Positions 8,735-17,644 of a stretch of 64,000 bases of DNA are shown here, piece after piece. Below the pieces are notes generated by a model, which was given only the letters and a program-made list of their open reading frames with translations, was not told the origin of the DNA and searched no databases. The DNA is from an uncultured delta proteobacterium (GTDB lineage: Bacteria > Myxococcota_A > Polyangia > Polyangiales > Polyangiaceae), in the NCBI GenBank assembly GCA_963782055.1, contig CAWAIF010000003.1, positions 3,168,001 to 3,232,000 of the forward strand, given 5' to 3'. Numbering within the stretch: the first letter of the stretch is position 1; every line of letters starts with the position of its first letter. The translations under genes and the position numbers were made by a program.

Positions 8735-9448
8735 CTACATCCGGCCGGGCGGCTTGAGCGGCAGCACCGGCGTGGAGATGGGTGCAGCAGGGACCTTGCC
8801 GCTCTCCAGCTTGAGGGCGCTGCCCGGGGCCTCCGGGATGGCCTCCAGCGTGAGGAGCGCGTTGATGAGGCGATCCATGCCGAAGTCCAGCGCGGCCTCC
8901 TTCAAGAACACCTGCGTGATGCGCACCAGGCGCAGGCTGGTGGTCTTGCCGAGGTCCATCTCCCGCTCGAGGAAGGCCTCGAAGGAGCCGAAGCCCTTGG
9001 CCTCGTAGAGCTTGCGGGCCTGGACCTCGCGAAGGATGTTGCCGATGTCGTAGAACGTCTTGTGGAGGTTCTTGCGCATCGCCTTGATCTGCGTGAGGGC
9101 GTTGTGCAGCTCGGCGATGCGGGCCTTGATGTCCTCCGCGCCCGTGGGGGTGCGGATGGTGGCGCGCGCGCTGCCGGGCAGCGGTGGCTCGGCCGCGCGG
9201 GCACGGGCCTCCGCCGCGTGCTTGGCGGCGTGCCGGGCCGCCCACGGGGCAGCGCCCCGCAGGCCCAGCTTCCGCTTGCCGGCCTTGGGGTCCTGCGCCG
9301 CAGCGCCGGACTTGCCCTTCGCCCCGGACTTCGCCTTGGCCGCAGTCGGCTTGGCGACGGGCTTCGCCGCCTTCTTCGCCGCCTTCTTGGCCGGTTTCAC
9401 CGGCTTCGCCGGCGCCTTGCCCTTGGCTTTCTTCTTCTTGCTCGCCAT
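8735..9448 (-). CDS. Basic hypothetical protein: Lys/Ala/Pro-rich N-terminal tail plus helical putative DNA-binding domain
   Basis: N-terminus KKKKAKGKAPAKPVKPAKKAAKKAAKP. C-terminal half FYDIGNILREVQARKLYEAKGFGSFEAFLEREMDLGKTTSLRLVRI. Confidence 0.75.
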   Translation of the reverse strand: MASKKKKAKGKAPAKPVKPAKKAAKKAAKPVAKPTAAKAKSGAKGKSGAAAQDPKAGKRKLGLRGAAPWAARHAAKHAAEARARAAEPPLPGSARATIRTPTGAEDIKARIAELHNALTQIKAMRKNLHKTFYDIGNILREVQARKLYEAKGFGSFEAFLEREMDLGKTTSLRLVRITQVFLKEAALDFGMDRLINALLTLEAIPEAPGSALKLESGKVPAAPISTPVLPLKPPGRM

Positions 9449-9668
9449 GACGTTCTCGTTCTACGCGCCCTTTGGGCCATCGGCCCGCGCAAGCGCGGGA
9501 CCTCAGTCGCGCCCGATGGCCCGCGGAGCGAACGCCGCCGAGGATGACCAGGCCCCACTCCGTCGGTGCCCATGCGACACCTACGCGCCCCTTACCAGAA
9601 CGTCACACACCGCGTCCAGAAAACACTCTTGCTGCGGATGCAGGGGAGCGGTCACCATCACGCCGCGC

Positions 9669-10640
9669 ATGGCAACCTTCACCCGTCCGGAGCCTGCAGA
9701 CCTCGCGCGATTTGTCCGGAGTTATGGCATCCAGAAGTATGAGCAATTTCAATCAATTCCAGCTGGAAGTGTAAACAGTAACTTCAGCTTCGTCGCGGGC
9801 GACGAGAAGGCCTTCCTGCGTGTCTACGAGGAGCAGGATCACGCCGGTGCGGTGCGTGAGGCGGCGCTGCTCCGGACGCTCGCCGCTCGAGGGGTGCGCA
9901 TCGTCGCTCCACGCCTCGCGACCGACGGCACGCCGGTGGGCACCCTCGGCGGCAAGCCCGCCGCCATCTTCCGTTGGGTGGAGGGGACGATGGCCTGCCA
10001 GCGCGCCGTCTCGACGGGACGCGCGCGCGCGGTGGGGAAGGCGCTGGCGCGGGTGCACGCCGCGGGGGCCGGCATCGAGGTGGGGGGGGGCCGCTTCCGG
10101 CCCTCCGACCTGCGCGGGCGGCTCTCCAGGATCGGCGCCGACCCGCGGTTCGCGGGGGAGGCGGTGGGGCTGCGGGCCGCGCTGGCGCGCTGGGAGGTGC
10201 GCCGCGACGACTCCCTGCCGCGCGGTCTGATCCACGGCGATCTCTTCCGCGACAACGTCCTGTGGCGCGGCGAGCAGAGCGAGGAGATCGTGGCGCTGCT
10301 GGACTTCGAGAGCGCCTCGGAGGGCGTCTGGGCCTACGACCTGATGGTGACCGTGCTCGCCTGGTGCTTCGGCGACCGCCTGGACGCCGCGCTCGCCCGG
10401 GCCCTGGTGGCGGGCTACGCGTCGGTCCGGCCGCTGGAGCCGGCGGAGGGGGCGGGGCTGCTCGCCGAGGGATGCCTCGCCGCCCTCCGCTTCACCATCA
10501 CCCGCATCACCGACTACGCGATGCGCGGCGAGGCGGATGGCCCGCGAGTGATGAAGGACTGGCGCCGCTTCCGCGCGCGCTTCGAGGCGCTGGAGGCCCT
10601 GGGGGACGGGGGCCTGGCCGCCCTGCTGGCGGCCGGCTGA
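9669..10640 (+). CDS. thrB: Homoserine kinase type II (APH-like fold)
   Basis: GSVNSNF, FLRVYE, LPRGLIHGDLFRDNVL, LLDFESA and ALRFTITRITDY. ATG 9669. Confidence 0.85.
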   Translation: MATFTRPEPADLARFVRSYGIQKYEQFQSIPAGSVNSNFSFVAGDEKAFLRVYEEQDHAGAVREAALLRTLAARGVRIVAPRLATDGTPVGTLGGKPAAIFRWVEGTMACQRAVSTGRARAVGKALARVHAAGAGIEVGGGRFRPSDLRGRLSRIGADPRFAGEAVGLRAALARWEVRRDDSLPRGLIHGDLFRDNVLWRGEQSEEIVALLDFESASEGVWAYDLMVTVLAWCFGDRLDAALARALVAGYASVRPLEPAEGAGLLAEGCLAALRFTITRITDYAMRGEADGPRVMKDWRRFRARFEALEALGDGGLAALLAAG

Positions 10641-10689
10641 GCGTCGGCGGGCGCGCCTCCGGAGCGGCGGACCGCAAGCTTGCTTGCAA

Positions 10690-12535
10690 TCAGGCGCTCG
10701 GGGCCGCCTCGGCGGGGGGAGGGGTGGCTGCCTCCGGGGCGACGCGCACCCGCTCCGTCGTGGCCCAGAGCATCGCCCGCATGTCCTCCAGCTTCTTCTT
10801 GGCGGACTCCACGTGGGTGGCCTGCGCCTCCACCGTCTTGCGGGCGGTCTCCTCGTCCTGCTCGCCGCTCGCCTTGGCCGTCTGCGCGGCGCGGAGCACC
10901 TCCAGCACCTCGCGGTGAAGCTCCACGCTGGCGGTGATGACCCAGCTGTCCAGCTTGCCGGCGAAGTCGTCGATGATCTCGTCCATCTTGGGGCCGACCT
11001 TCGCCGCCACCTGGCGCACGACATCCGGCGCCATCTCCTTGGCCTTCTTCTTGTATTCGCCCTCGATCTTGCCCTTGAGCAGGTAGGCGACCACCGGCGC
11101 GGCGGCGATGAGCAGGCCGCCGAGCATCAGGTTGACGAAGAGGGTGCCCAGGCCCACCGCGAAGAGGGCGGTGATGCCCATGTCGTACTGGAAGGTGTCC
11201 ACCTGGACGTCCAGGCGCTTCACGTCGGCGCCGAGCGCATCGCCCACACGGCGCGTGGCGTCATGGGCGTCCTCGCGGACCAGGGCGATGGTGCGCTCGG
11301 TCAGCTCCTCCAGCTTGCCGGCGATCTCCTTGGACTCCGACTCCGCCCAGGTGCGGAAGGTGTCTTCCAAGAAGGAGGGCAAGAACTGCTTGAGCTCGTC
11401 ACCCTTGGCGTTGTCGATGACGTCGGGGAGCTGGCGGATGACGTCGTCGACGAAGCGATCCAGGTCCTTGCGGGCGCCGACCTTGATGCCCATGACCTCT
11501 TCCCGGATCTGCGTGCGGCGCTGCTCCAGCGTGCCGGCCTGACCCTCCAGGTCCTTCTCCAACATGCCGATGCGGCGCTCGAGCTCCTCCGCCTTCATGT
11601 CCAGGGTCCGGCGGCGGGCGTCGACTCCCTTGGAGAGCAGCTCGGTCACCTGCAGGCCCTCGCCCAGGGCGTTGTCCAGCATGATGCGGCCGCGCTCCTC
11701 CGCGAGGAAGCGCGTCAGGTAGGTGAGCAGCGCTGGCAGGCCGCTCGCCTCGCCCTTGCCGGCGAGCGCCATCTCGGCGCTGATGGGGAACACGACGGGA
11801 TCGCGCACGAGCTGGGCGAGCTTGCCCTTGGCATAGGCGAGGGCCTCGGCCTGCTCCGCCTCGCTCAGCAGGTCCCACTTGGTGATGACGAAGACGATCT
11901 TGTCGCGGGAGGCCTTGAGGAGCTTCTCCTCCAGGAAGACGCGCTCGCTCTCCTTGAGGATCTGGCCGGCGTCGAGCAGGAAGAGCACGGCATCCGCCCG
12001 CGGGATGTAGCTGTAGGTGATGTCCGCGCGCTGCAGGGAGAGGTCGTTGACGCCTGGGGTGTCGACCAGCAGGATGCGCTCGCGCAGCAGCGCCGCGGGG
12101 TAGCCCACCTCCAAGTAGTCGACCTCCTCCGCGTGCTCGCGGTCGCCACCGACGGAGAAGGCGCGCACGTCGGCGAAGGGCAGGGGCTCGCGCTTGCCCG
12201 AGACGAACACGACGGTGGCCTCCGGCGTCTCGGCGTAGCGCAGGTGGTGGATGGCGGCGGTCGTCGGCGTGACGCCGGTGGGGAGCGCCTCGTGCCCGAG
12301 CAGGGCGTTCACGAAGGTGGACTTGCCGTGGTTGAACTCGCCCACCACCACGAGGTGAAAGCGGTCCTCCTCCAGCTTGCGAACCAGAATCCTTCTGCAC
12401 GCGCTCGCCGAGCGTCTTCGCGCCGAGGGACCGGGCGATGTCGCCCAGCTCCTGCAGGCCGACCGTGACGTCCAGCTTGCGCTCGCGGAAGCTCGCGAGG
12501 CCCTCCTTGATGGGGTTCTCCCCGTCGGTGCTCAT
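10690..12535 (-). CDS. Bacterial dynamin-like GTPase with an apparent +1 frameshift near 12388 (sequencing error or pseudogene)
   Basis: G1 GEFNHGKST, G2 PTT, G3 DTPG, G4 TKWD, helical stalk and hydrophobic paddle. The N-terminal MSTDGENP...ERVQKD is in another frame; deleting one base gives ...KDLVRKLEEDRFHLVVVGEFN. Confidence 0.85.
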
Positions 12536-13431
12536 CAGGCATCCCCCTTGAGCAGGGCGCGGACGCAATCGTCCACCTCCTGCATGGTGAGGCCGGCGCC
12601 CTCGAGGCCGGCCGCCTTCTTGTAGATGTCGCTCTCGCCGAAGACGCGCATCGCGAGCACGCGCTTGGGCAAGTACGGGTGCGAGGCGAACGCTTCCATG
12701 TACTTTCCGATGCCGTCCTTGCCCTCGTCGTACTGCTCGAGGAACGCCTCCAGGTTGAACTCCTCGTAGAGCTTGCGCGAGCCGAGCGCGAGCTTGGTGA
12801 GCGCGCGGGCGGAGACCTCGCTGCTGCGTGAGCAGAGCATGCCGGCGCGGTCGCAGGTGATCTCGGCGCGACGCGACCAGGCGAGCAGGGCGACGAGCGC
12901 GGGCTCCATGGCCCAGCGCACCACCGCGCCGGCGACGCGCGTCAGGAAGTTGAGCGCCGTCAGGTAGACGACGTGCGAGTTGTGGATGTGCCCGCACTCG
13001 TGGCCGATGACGGTCAGCAGCTCCTCGTCGGAGTAGTGATCGACGAGCGCCGAGTGCACCATGATGAAGGACTCCTCGTTCGTCCCGTAGGTGGCGGCGT
13101 TGAGGACCGGGCTGTTGACGATGTAGACCTGCGGCGTGGCGATCTGCAGGGTGTCGGAGCACTTCTGCACCAGGCGCTGGATGCGCGGAAACTGCCTGTC
13201 GGACACCTTGACGGCGCTGCCCAGGAGCTGATTGCGCCAGACCTGCTTCCACATGCGGACGGTGGCGGCGACGGCCATCTCCACCGGCTTCATCCGCTCG
13301 AAGGCGGCGCGCGTCTGCTTGTCGGAGATGTAGGCGTAGTCGCGGCCGGCGGCGAGGGCCTCGCTGCTGGGGCCCTCCGCGCGTTTGCGCGCGACATAGG
13401 CAGGGAAATCGAGCTGGGGTGCTTGCGCCAT
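12535..13431 (-). CDS. M48 family Zn metallopeptidase
   Basis: LNAATYG, VIGHECGHI (HExxH), WSRRAEITCDRAG and SHP motif. Stop overlaps the dynamin ATG (TGATG). Confidence 0.9.
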   Translation of the reverse strand: MAQAPQLDFPAYVARKRAEGPSSEALAAGRDYAYISDKQTRAAFERMKPVEMAVAATVRMWKQVWRNQLLGSAVKVSDRQFPRIQRLVQKCSDTLQIATPQVYIVNSPVLNAATYGTNEESFIMVHSALVDHYSDEELLTVIGHECGHIHNSHVVYLTALNFLTRVAGAVVRWAMEPALVALLAWSRRAEITCDRAGMLCSRSSEVSARALTKLALGSRKLYEEFNLEAFLEQYDEGKDGIGKYMEAFASHPYLPKRVLAMRVFGESDIYKKAAGLEGAGLTMQEVDDCVRALLKGDA

Positions 13432-13571
13432 GGGGCCCTCGGGTGCGGGGAAAAGTTCTTGCCGCGGCGACTAGCGTAACGACGGCGCGCCACAGCGGCA
13501 ACCCGCGGGGCGAGGTACGACGGTTCTGCAGACAACTACCGTCCGGCCCGCCCCTTTCTTCCCGGGGCGGC

Positions 13572-14594
13572 TCACTGCGTCTGGACCCCGCCCTGCTCGA
13601 AGGTGGTGGTCGTGGTGGGCGGGGCGAACGCTCCGGCCGCCCCCAGGACCGCCAGCGTGCCTCCGACGGCGCCTGCGCCCACGAGCGCCCACGTGGCCCA
13701 GGCGGGCCAGCGCGCGTGGTGGACCTCCGGCGGCAGGCCCTCGCTCCAGGCGGCGCGCGGGGCGAGGTCGATCTCGGTGCCGCACGCGGCCGCGTGGCAG
13801 AGCGCCACTCGCAGCGATCCGGGCGTGACCCCCGCGCGAGCCGCGACCCACGTCGGACACCGCACGCCGGCGGCCGCGATACCTCCGGCGCGAAAGGCTG
13901 CATTCTGCATGTCATCGGCGCTGCAGGCGGGGGCCGTGGGTAGCGCGACGGCGATGCGCGTCCTCGCCGCCACCGTCACCCAGCTCGCCCACACGACGGC
14001 GCCCTCGCGCGAGGCCCACACCAGGTGTCGGCCGGGCGGGGCGCGCAGAACACCTGGGCGTACCGCGCGACCGTCCCAGTAGACGGCGGCGTCGCCGGAG
14101 ACGTCCAGCGTCACCTTCGCCGGGGCCGCGGCGGGGTAGGCGTCCTCACCCACGCCCGCCACGCGCCCGCCGTCCAGCGCGGCGGCGGCCTCCCACGCGC
14201 GCGCGGCGCGGGCGGGATCGCGCGGGGCGAGCCGGCCGAAGCGCACCGACCACGCGCGGTCCACCTCCGCCATGAGCCACGCGGCCTCGGGCAGCTCGGG
14301 GTGGTCGAGCAGCAGCGCCTCCGCGCGGGCGAGATCGCGCTCCACAGCGTCGGAGTCCAGGCGGGTGGTGGCGTCGTGCGCGGCCTGCAGGTCCGCCTCG
14401 ACCGAGGTCGCGACCTTGGCGTCGACCGGCCGCGCCGGGACGCTGCCCTCGGCCGGTGGCGACAGACGAAGTCCGCGCGCGCTCGCCCACGCCGCGAGGG
14501 CGCGCGCGGCGTCGGCGTCGTGCGCGACGGCGTCGGTCCGCTCGACGCCGTTCGCCGCGGGGGCGTCCATCCACACCAGCGTGGCGTCGATCAC
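13572..14594 (-). CDS. Hypothetical protein with PEGA-like segment and C-terminal hydrophobic helix
   Basis: GTG 14594 overlaps the bcp stop. AAVYWDGRAV...PPGRHLV is PEGA-like. C-terminal WATWALVGAGAVGG. Confidence 0.6.
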   Translation of the reverse strand: MIDATLVWMDAPAANGVERTDAVAHDADAARALAAWASARGLRLSPPAEGSVPARPVDAKVATSVEADLQAAHDATTRLDSDAVERDLARAEALLLDHPELPEAAWLMAEVDRAWSVRFGRLAPRDPARAARAWEAAAALDGGRVAGVGEDAYPAAAPAKVTLDVSGDAAVYWDGRAVRPGVLRAPPGRHLVWASREGAVVWASWVTVAARTRIAVALPTAPACSADDMQNAAFRAGGIAAAGVRCPTWVAARAGVTPGSLRVALCHAAACGTEIDLAPRAAWSEGLPPEVHHARWPAWATWALVGAGAVGGTLAVLGAAGAFAPPTTTTTFEQGGVQTQ

Positions 14595-15247
14595 GGCCGG
14601 GTCGCGGTGCGCTTCTTCGCCGGCTTCTTCGCTGCGGGCTTGGCGGCGAGCTTCCGCGCCGGCTTCGCCGCGACGCGCTTCGCGGGACGCGGGGGCTTGC
14701 GGGCCGGCTTCTTGGCGGTGGCCTTGCTGGCCGGTGCGCTCTTCTTCTTGCCGGCGGCGGCCTGGCCCGCGCCCTTGCCGGTGATCGCGGCGAGCACCGC
14801 CTCGGCGTGGCCGTCCACCTTCACACCACGCCACGCGCGCGCGATCGTGCCGTCCTCGTCGATGAGGAACGTGCTGCGGATGACCCCGAGCATCTTCCTG
14901 CCGTAGAGCACCTTCTCGCCGTAGGCGCCGAAGGCCTTGTGCGCCACGAGGTCAGGGTCGGACAGGAGCGGCACCTTCAGCCGGTACTTGTCGCGGAAGG
15001 CGCAGTGGCTGCTCACGCTGTCCTTCGAGACGCCCACGACCTCCGCCCCCGCCTTGCGGAACGCGGCCAGCTGGCTGCTGAACGCCTGAGCCTCCCGCGT
15101 GCAGCCGGGCGTGGAGTCCTTCGGGTAGAAGTACAGGACGAGCTTCTTGCCCGCGAAGTCGCGCAGCGAGACGCTCTTGCCGGAGCTCGAGACGAGCGAG
15201 AACGTCGGGGATGTGTCGCCGGCGGCGATGGATTGAGCCTGGGCCAT
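14591..15247 (-). CDS. bcp: Peroxiredoxin BCP/PrxQ with histone H1-like basic C-terminal tail
   Basis: VLYFYPKDSTPGCTREA and RSTFLID. Tail KKKSAPASKATAKKPARKPPRPAKRVAAKPARKLAAKPAAKKPAKK. Confidence 0.9.
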   Translation of the reverse strand: MAQAQSIAAGDTSPTFSLVSSSGKSVSLRDFAGKKLVLYFYPKDSTPGCTREAQAFSSQLAAFRKAGAEVVGVSKDSVSSHCAFRDKYRLKVPLLSDPDLVAHKAFGAYGEKVLYGRKMLGVIRSTFLIDEDGTIARAWRGVKVDGHAEAVLAAITGKGAGQAAAGKKKSAPASKATAKKPARKPPRPAKRVAAKPARKLAAKPAAKKPAKKRTATRP

Positions 15248-15370
15248 GATTCCTCTTTCCGCTCGAGGCGGCGAAAACGTAGACAACGGCGGGCGGCTGC
15301 GGCACCGTAGCTAGGATAGCCAGCGGTACGCCAGCCGAAGCGCGCGGAGGTTGTTCCGCGTGCCGAGACT

Positions 15371-15406
15371 CTCGGGGGGTGTCGGGGGTGAGCCCCCGAC
15401 CTTGAG
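15371..15406. repeat. REP-like GC-rich hairpin upstream of the MglA-like gene
   Basis: Perfect stem GTCGGGGG-TGAG-CCCCCGAC (15381-15400), extendable by CTCGGG/CTTGAG with G-U pairs. Confidence 0.55.
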
Positions 15407-15416
15407 GCCAGACAAC

Positions 15417-16196
15417 GTGCAGCTCAATTTCGCCGGTCGAGAAGTCACGATCAAGCTCGTTTATTACGGGCCCGCGCTCAGTGGAAAGACGACCAACCTC
15501 CGCGCGCTGCACGAGCTGACCAAGGACGACAGCCGCGGACGGCTGATGACCCTGGAGACGCGCGACGACCGCACGCTCTTCTTCGACATGCTGCCGCTCG
15601 TCTTCCGCGCCGACGGTCCCCCCTCCCCCAAGCCGGGGGAGCGCAGCTACACCCCGCTGGACCCGTCGACAGGCATGAGCGTGCGCCTGAAGGTGTTCAC
15701 CGTGCCCGGGCAGGTGCTGCACGGGGCGACGCGCCGGCTGGTGCTCCAGGGCGCCGACGGCGTCGCCTTCATCGCCGACTCGCAGATCACCGAGACGGAG
15801 AACAACGCCGCCTCCTTCCTCGACCTGCGCGCCAACCTGAAGGAGCTCAACCGCTCGCTGAAGGACATGCCGCTCGTCATCCAGTTCAACAAGCGCGACC
15901 TGCCGTCGATCCGCTCCGACGAGGAGCTCGGCGCGCTGGCGAAGGCGGGGCGCGAGCCGGTGTTCCGCGCCACCGCGGTGACGGGCGAGGGGGTGATGGA
16001 GACCTTCTTCGGCCTCCTGCACCTGGTGTGGACGCGGCTGGAGGCGGAGCACCAGCTCTCGCGCGTCATCGGCATCGAGCCGGACGAGTTCCTGCCCGTG
16101 GCGGCGCGCAAGCTGGGCATCAATCGCGACGTGTCCACCTACCTGCAGGCCTGCGTCGGGGGCCAGCTCCAGTTCTCGCGCCGGGAGCCGTCGTGA
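15417..16196 (+). CDS. MglA-family small Ras-like GTPase
   Basis: KLVYYGPALSGKTTNL, DDRTLFFD, FTVPGQV, GADGVAFIADS and QFNKRDL. GTG 15417. Confidence 0.9.
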   Translation: MQLNFAGREVTIKLVYYGPALSGKTTNLRALHELTKDDSRGRLMTLETRDDRTLFFDMLPLVFRADGPPSPKPGERSYTPLDPSTGMSVRLKVFTVPGQVLHGATRRLVLQGADGVAFIADSQITETENNAASFLDLRANLKELNRSLKDMPLVIQFNKRDLPSIRSDEELGALAKAGREPVFRATAVTGEGVMETFFGLLHLVWTRLEAEHQLSRVIGIEPDEFLPVAARKLGINRDVSTYLQACVGGQLQFSRREPS

Positions 16197-17611
16197 CCGA
16201 CCCGGCTCGCTCCGGCGCCGCCGCGCCCCTCGAGGATCCCGCGATGGACGGGCGCGTGCGGCTGGAGGACCTCACCGAGCGCGAGGCTCTGTCCGAGCTC
16301 TGCGAGAGCTTCTTCCTGCTCTTCGGCATCCCGGTGCGCATCTTCTCGGCCGACGGCGCGCTGCTGGCCGACGCCTCGCGCGAGCACGAGGTGTGCGGCT
16401 ACGTCAACACACTCGCCTCCGGGCGCGCGGCGTGCGGGGCCACCGTCGGCGCGGTCAAGGTCACCGAGCCGGACCAGGACGGCGTGGCGACACACCCGTG
16501 CTTCACCGGTCAGCATTACCGCATCGTCTCCATCGAGTACGAGGGGCGGCGCATCGGGCGCATCATCCTGGGGCCGTACCTCCCCGCCGACCTGGCGGAG
16601 ATCCCCTCGTCCTTCCTGGAGATCGACCCCAACGTCGACGCCGACCGCGCGCGCAAGTTGCTGATCAAGGTGCCGCGCGCCAAGTCGGAGACGGTGCAGC
16701 GCATCGCCCGGCACCTCGCCGCCGCGCTGGACCTCATCCTCTTCTCCGGCCACAAGACGCTGCTCACCAGCCAGATGCACCTGGCGAGCGTGCGGGAGAG
16801 CTACCGCGAGCTCACCGAGAAGAACACGCGCCTGCAGGAGGCCTACGACCGCCTGAAGGAGCTGGACCGCCTCAAGTCCAACTTCCTCGCCACCGTCAGC
16901 CACGAGCTGCGCACGCCGCTCACCTCCATCATCGGCTACAGCGAGATGCTCGCCGAGGGCATCGCCGGCGGGCTGAACGAGGAGCAGGGCGAGTTCGTAG
17001 GGACCATCCGCGACAAGGGGCAGCAGCTGCTCTCGCTCATCCAGGGGCTGCTCGATCTCTCCAAGCTGGAGAGCGGCACCATGTCGGTGCGCAAGGAGAG
17101 CGTCGACATCACCACCATCCTGGGCGAGGTGCAGACGACACTGCTCCCCTCGGCGCGCAAGAAGGGCGTGGAGCTGCGCCTCGCGAGCGACGAGGAGATC
17201 CCCGCGCTGCGCGGCGACCCGGAGCGCCTGCGGCAGGTGTTCATCAACCTGGGAGACAACGCGCTCAAGTTCACGCCCAGGGGCGGGTCGGTCACCTTCG
17301 AGGCGCGCCTGCGCGGCGGCGCCGCCGCCGACGGGGACGGGGATGGGGAGGGCTTCGCGCTCCTCGCGCCGGCGCGCCGGGAGATCGTCGCGCGCGTGCT
17401 GGACACCGGCATCGGCATCCCGGAGGCAGAGCGGCCGAAGGTCTTCGACGCCTTCTACCAGGTCGACTCCTCGTCGACGCGCGAGTACGGCGGCACCGGG
17501 CTGGGCCTGTCCATCGTCAAGCGGCTGGTGGAGGCCCACGGCGGGACGATCCACATCGAGGGCAACTCGCCGAGCGGGGCGGTCTTCGTGGTCACGCTGC
17601 CCGTGCCCTGA
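16193..17611 (+). CDS. Sensor histidine kinase with N-terminal PocR-like ligand-binding domain
   Basis: FGIPVRIF...VCGYVN...AACGA...PCFTG...IILGPY (three Cys). H-box SHELRTPL, then NALKFT, DTGIGI, GGTGLGL. GTGA overlap with the GTPase stop. Confidence 0.88.
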   Translation: MTDPARSGAAAPLEDPAMDGRVRLEDLTEREALSELCESFFLLFGIPVRIFSADGALLADASREHEVCGYVNTLASGRAACGATVGAVKVTEPDQDGVATHPCFTGQHYRIVSIEYEGRRIGRIILGPYLPADLAEIPSSFLEIDPNVDADRARKLLIKVPRAKSETVQRIARHLAAALDLILFSGHKTLLTSQMHLASVRESYRELTEKNTRLQEAYDRLKELDRLKSNFLATVSHELRTPLTSIIGYSEMLAEGIAGGLNEEQGEFVGTIRDKGQQLLSLIQGLLDLSKLESGTMSVRKESVDITTILGEVQTTLLPSARKKGVELRLASDEEIPALRGDPERLRQVFINLGDNALKFTPRGGSVTFEARLRGGAAADGDGDGEGFALLAPARREIVARVLDTGIGIPEAERPKVFDAFYQVDSSSTREYGGTGLGLSIVKRLVEAHGGTIHIEGNSPSGAVFVVTLPVP

Positions 17612-17644
17612 GGCCGCGCCGTCGCGGTGCTAAGGTGCGGCGCG

